A stretch of DNA of 64,000 nt from Selaginella moellendorffii (taxonomy: Eukaryota > Plantae > Lycopodiophyta). This document shows, piece by piece, positions 61,201 to 64,000 of the stretch. Position numbers and translations under genes: made by a program. Every line of letters starts with the position of its first letter. Position 1 is the first letter of the stretch. Under the pieces are notes generated by a model. The model was not told the origin of the DNA, did not search any database, and saw nothing but the letters and a program-made list of their open reading frames with translations. The DNA lies in the NCBI RefSeq assembly GCF_000143415.4, contig NW_003314313.1, positions 497,365 through 561,364 on the forward strand, in the 5' to 3' direction.

Positions 61201-64000
61201 CATTCGAACTTAAAGCCCTCAAAGAGTATGTGGATGAGAACCTTGCATCGGGGTACATTCAGCATTCGTAGTCCCCGACTTAAGTGCCTATCTTCTTTGT
61301 CAAGAAGAAGGATGGGAGTTTGCAGCTAGTCATCGATTACTAAGGTTTGAACAACATGACTGTTTGGAACTATTATCCACTGCCCCTAATCTCAAACCTA
61401 TTGGAATGCCTTGGCAGTGCCCGCTTCTTCACCAAGATCAACCTCTGTGGAGCATACAACTTAATCTAGATCTGGCTTGGCGATAAATGGAAGATTGCGT
61501 TCCAAACCCACTATGGCCACTTTGAGTACATTGTCATGCTGTTTGGCTTGACAAATGCTCTAGCAATTTTCCAATACATGGCAAACGACGTCTTTCGGGA
61601 GTTTTTTGATCAAATGGTGATTGTCTACCTCGACGACATCCTCATCTACTCAAAAACTCAGGAGGAGCACGACGAGCATGTGCACATGGTGCTTGCGAAG
61701 CTGCAGGAACACGGCCTATATGCGAAGCTTGAGAAATGTTCTTTCGATTAGGAGTCTGTGGAGTTCCTTGGGTATATTATCACTCCTGAGGGTATCACGA
61801 TAGATCCTGCCAAAATCAAGACTATTCTCGAATAGGAGCCTCCACACTCAATGTCAGATGTTCAGGTTTTCCTTGGCTTTGGCAACTTTTACCGCAAATT
61901 CATTGATCACTACTTTGACATTGTCCTTCCTCTCATGCATCTCACTCGTAAGGATGTTCCCTTTTCTTGGTCTGTTGTTGCCCAGTAAGCCTTTGTTTGA
62001 CACACTCAAGGCGGCCTTCAGTTCTACTCCCGTCTTGATCCACGCTGATCCTTCACAACCTTTCTTCATCAAGGCGGATGCCTCCGACTTTGCCATCAGT
62101 GCTGTGCTGTCTCAACTCGGAGCGAATCAGGAATTTCATCCGGTCACTTTCCATTCTCGGAAATTCTAGCTTGCAGAGATCAATTACAAAATCCACGACA
62201 ATGAGCTCCTTTGCCATCTTGGATTCCTTTGGAGAGTGTCATCGTTTCTTGGAGGGGGCGAGCTATCAAACAACAGTCTGGATGGATCACAAAAATCTCG
62301 AGTACTTTGCCACTTCCCGAGTTTTGAGCCATTGTCAGGCAAAGTGGGCACAATTCTAGAGTCGGTTTGACTTTGTTATCAAGTACAGACCTGGAAAGCT
62401 TCAGGGCCTTCCTAATGCTCTTTCTAGGCACTCCTATCTTAGTCTCAGGCTTGGTAATCCTACCTTCGATCAACAGGATCAGGTTATGCTTGGTCCTGAT
62501 CGGCTTCAAGTTATGGCAATTTCCCTGGCCCCTCAAAACTCCTCCTTGATGGACGTGATCAAAAACAATCTTCAATCTGACGACCTCGCCAGTGACATTT
62601 TTCCCCATCTTCAAGCTGGACACCCAATGACTCCCAACTGCTGGCAATTTGACGAGTTCGAGTTTTTAGATGGCTTGTTGTACCGTGGGGAGCAGCTTTA
62701 CATTCTTGAAGGTGATGCTCGAAGGTTGGTCTTGATGGTGTGCCACGATAGCCTGACTGCTGGTCACTTCAGCATTGTGAAAACCTATGAACTGGTTGCA
62801 CGGGACTTTTGGTGGCTTCACATGGACAACTACATCAAAGCTTTTGTTACCTCCTGTGACACTTATGCCTAGAATAAGTTACCTCGCCACCTTCCTTTAG
62901 GTTTGCTTTGTTCCCTCTCAGTCCCTTTATGTCCTTGGGAATCCATCTCCATGGATTTCTTGAGTGATCTTTCGAGTTCTGGAGGCTTCAACAGCATTTT
63001 AGTCGTGGTGGATTGCTTCACAAAGATGGTGCACCTCCTGCCGTGTACCAAAGAGTTTTCGGGTGAGGACATGGCAAAACTAGTATTCAGGGAAATTTTC
63101 TGACTTCATGGGATTCCTGCAAATGTGGTTTCAAATCGGAGACCTCAGTTCATCTCTCATTTCTAGCAACGGTTCTTGTAGCTACTTGGAGTGAAGGCCA
63201 ACCTCTCTTTAACGTATCATCCTCAAACTGATGGACAATCCGAATGAACAATTCAGACATTGGAACAATTCCTGAGGTGCTTCATCAATTATCATCAGGA
63301 TGACTGGTTCAATATCCTTCCCCTTGCTGAGTTCTTCTATAACAACTCCATTTACTCTTCCCTTCGAGTTTCCCCCTTCTTTGCAAACTCTGGCCAAACA
63401 ATCTCTCACTTCCTTCTCCATTCAAATCCTCTCGTTTAAATCCCCACTCTAAGGCATTTATCTCCAACCTCCAAGAAATCCACAACTCCATCTCCTTCCA
63501 CCTCCATCATGCTCAGGAATGTCACAAAACATTCGCCAATGTCCATCATTAGGATTGTCCCCCTTATAATATCGGGGATAAAGTCTGGCTCCTCAGGTGA
63601 AATATCTCCACTACCAAGCTAAAACTCGATTTCAAATTTCTCAGTCCTTTCCCTATCACTGCCATCATTAATCCTGTCACTTATTGCCTCGCACTTCCCT
63701 CCTCATATCAAATTCACCCTGTTTTTCACTCCTCTCTCCTTGACCCTTATATTCCCAGTCCTATTCCAAATCGGGTCATTCCTCCACCTCCACCAATGCA
63801 GTTTGAGGATGGGTCTAAGTACAAGGTTCAGGACATCCTTGATTCCAAGATCTCACAGTCTAAACTCTACTATCTGGTAAACTAGAAGGGTTACGAACCT
63901 AAGGAACACATTTAAGAACCTGCGGACAACCTAATTCATTCTCCTGACCTTGTTCAAGACTTCCACTGCCACTATCCTTCTCATCCCAGTCCTCATTCTT
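58275..64000 (+). mobile_element. Degenerate Ty3/gypsy chromovirus (Tcn1-like); runs off the right edge
   Basis: gag EPKVSFPAKFSG..LLKGATLSWFFPL; protease ALVLLDSS..LGLPW; [17 protein letters not shown]; RNase H ADASDFAI; integrase PWESISMDF..VVDCFTKM..YHPQTDGQ; chromodomain YKVQDILDS..YYLV.*KGY. Many stops. LTR start at ~58275 is inferred. Confidence 0.88.
59078..59753 (+). mobile_element. TRIM (terminal-repeat retrotransposon in miniature), 676 bp, inserted in the chromovirus gag
   Basis: LTRs at 59078-59239 and 59593-59753 (TGTAGC...GCTACA). TSD TCGTG. PBS TGGTATTGGAGC. PPT GAAGGGGGGGTGAG. Non-coding interior. Confidence 0.93.

Overview
Eukaryotic plant genomic DNA. Compact genes, ~50-nt introns, a PLS-type PPR gene and a Tcn1-like chromovirus suggest a lycophyte such as Selaginella (inference). 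The window has three zones. (1) 1-21.5 kb: a DUF707/KIN17 head-to-head pair, a (TA)n tract with an assembly gap, then a nest of Ty3/gypsy elements. The nest holds three copies of one short-LTR family, one of them split by a 7.6-kb non-coding element with long, minisatellite-bearing LTRs. (2) 22.6-43.7 kb: a gene-dense block (PPR, dirigent pseudogene, RsmG, LST8, glycine-rich protein, B-box protein, class III peroxidase, UEV1, ZF-HD, 2OG dioxygenase, divergent RPS15a). (3) 44.5-64 kb: a second TE nest. Its centrepiece is a 12.36-kb DNA transposon (45652-58011) with perfect 24-bp TIRs and a 4-bp TSD (CTAT). It carries an open 1022-aa Sola-like DDD transposase and a divergent multi-exon cargo gene (ParB-like domain, degenerate N4C/N6A-methyltransferase-like domain, FCP1-type HAD domain). 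About 20 copies of a 22-bp palindrome (ATGGCRTGWGGCCWCAYGCCAT) are scattered through the element, often one per intron. A ParB-like protein together with parS-like palindromes inside a plant transposon is the best candidate for an undescribed system. All domain calls are by eye from motifs; no searches were run.
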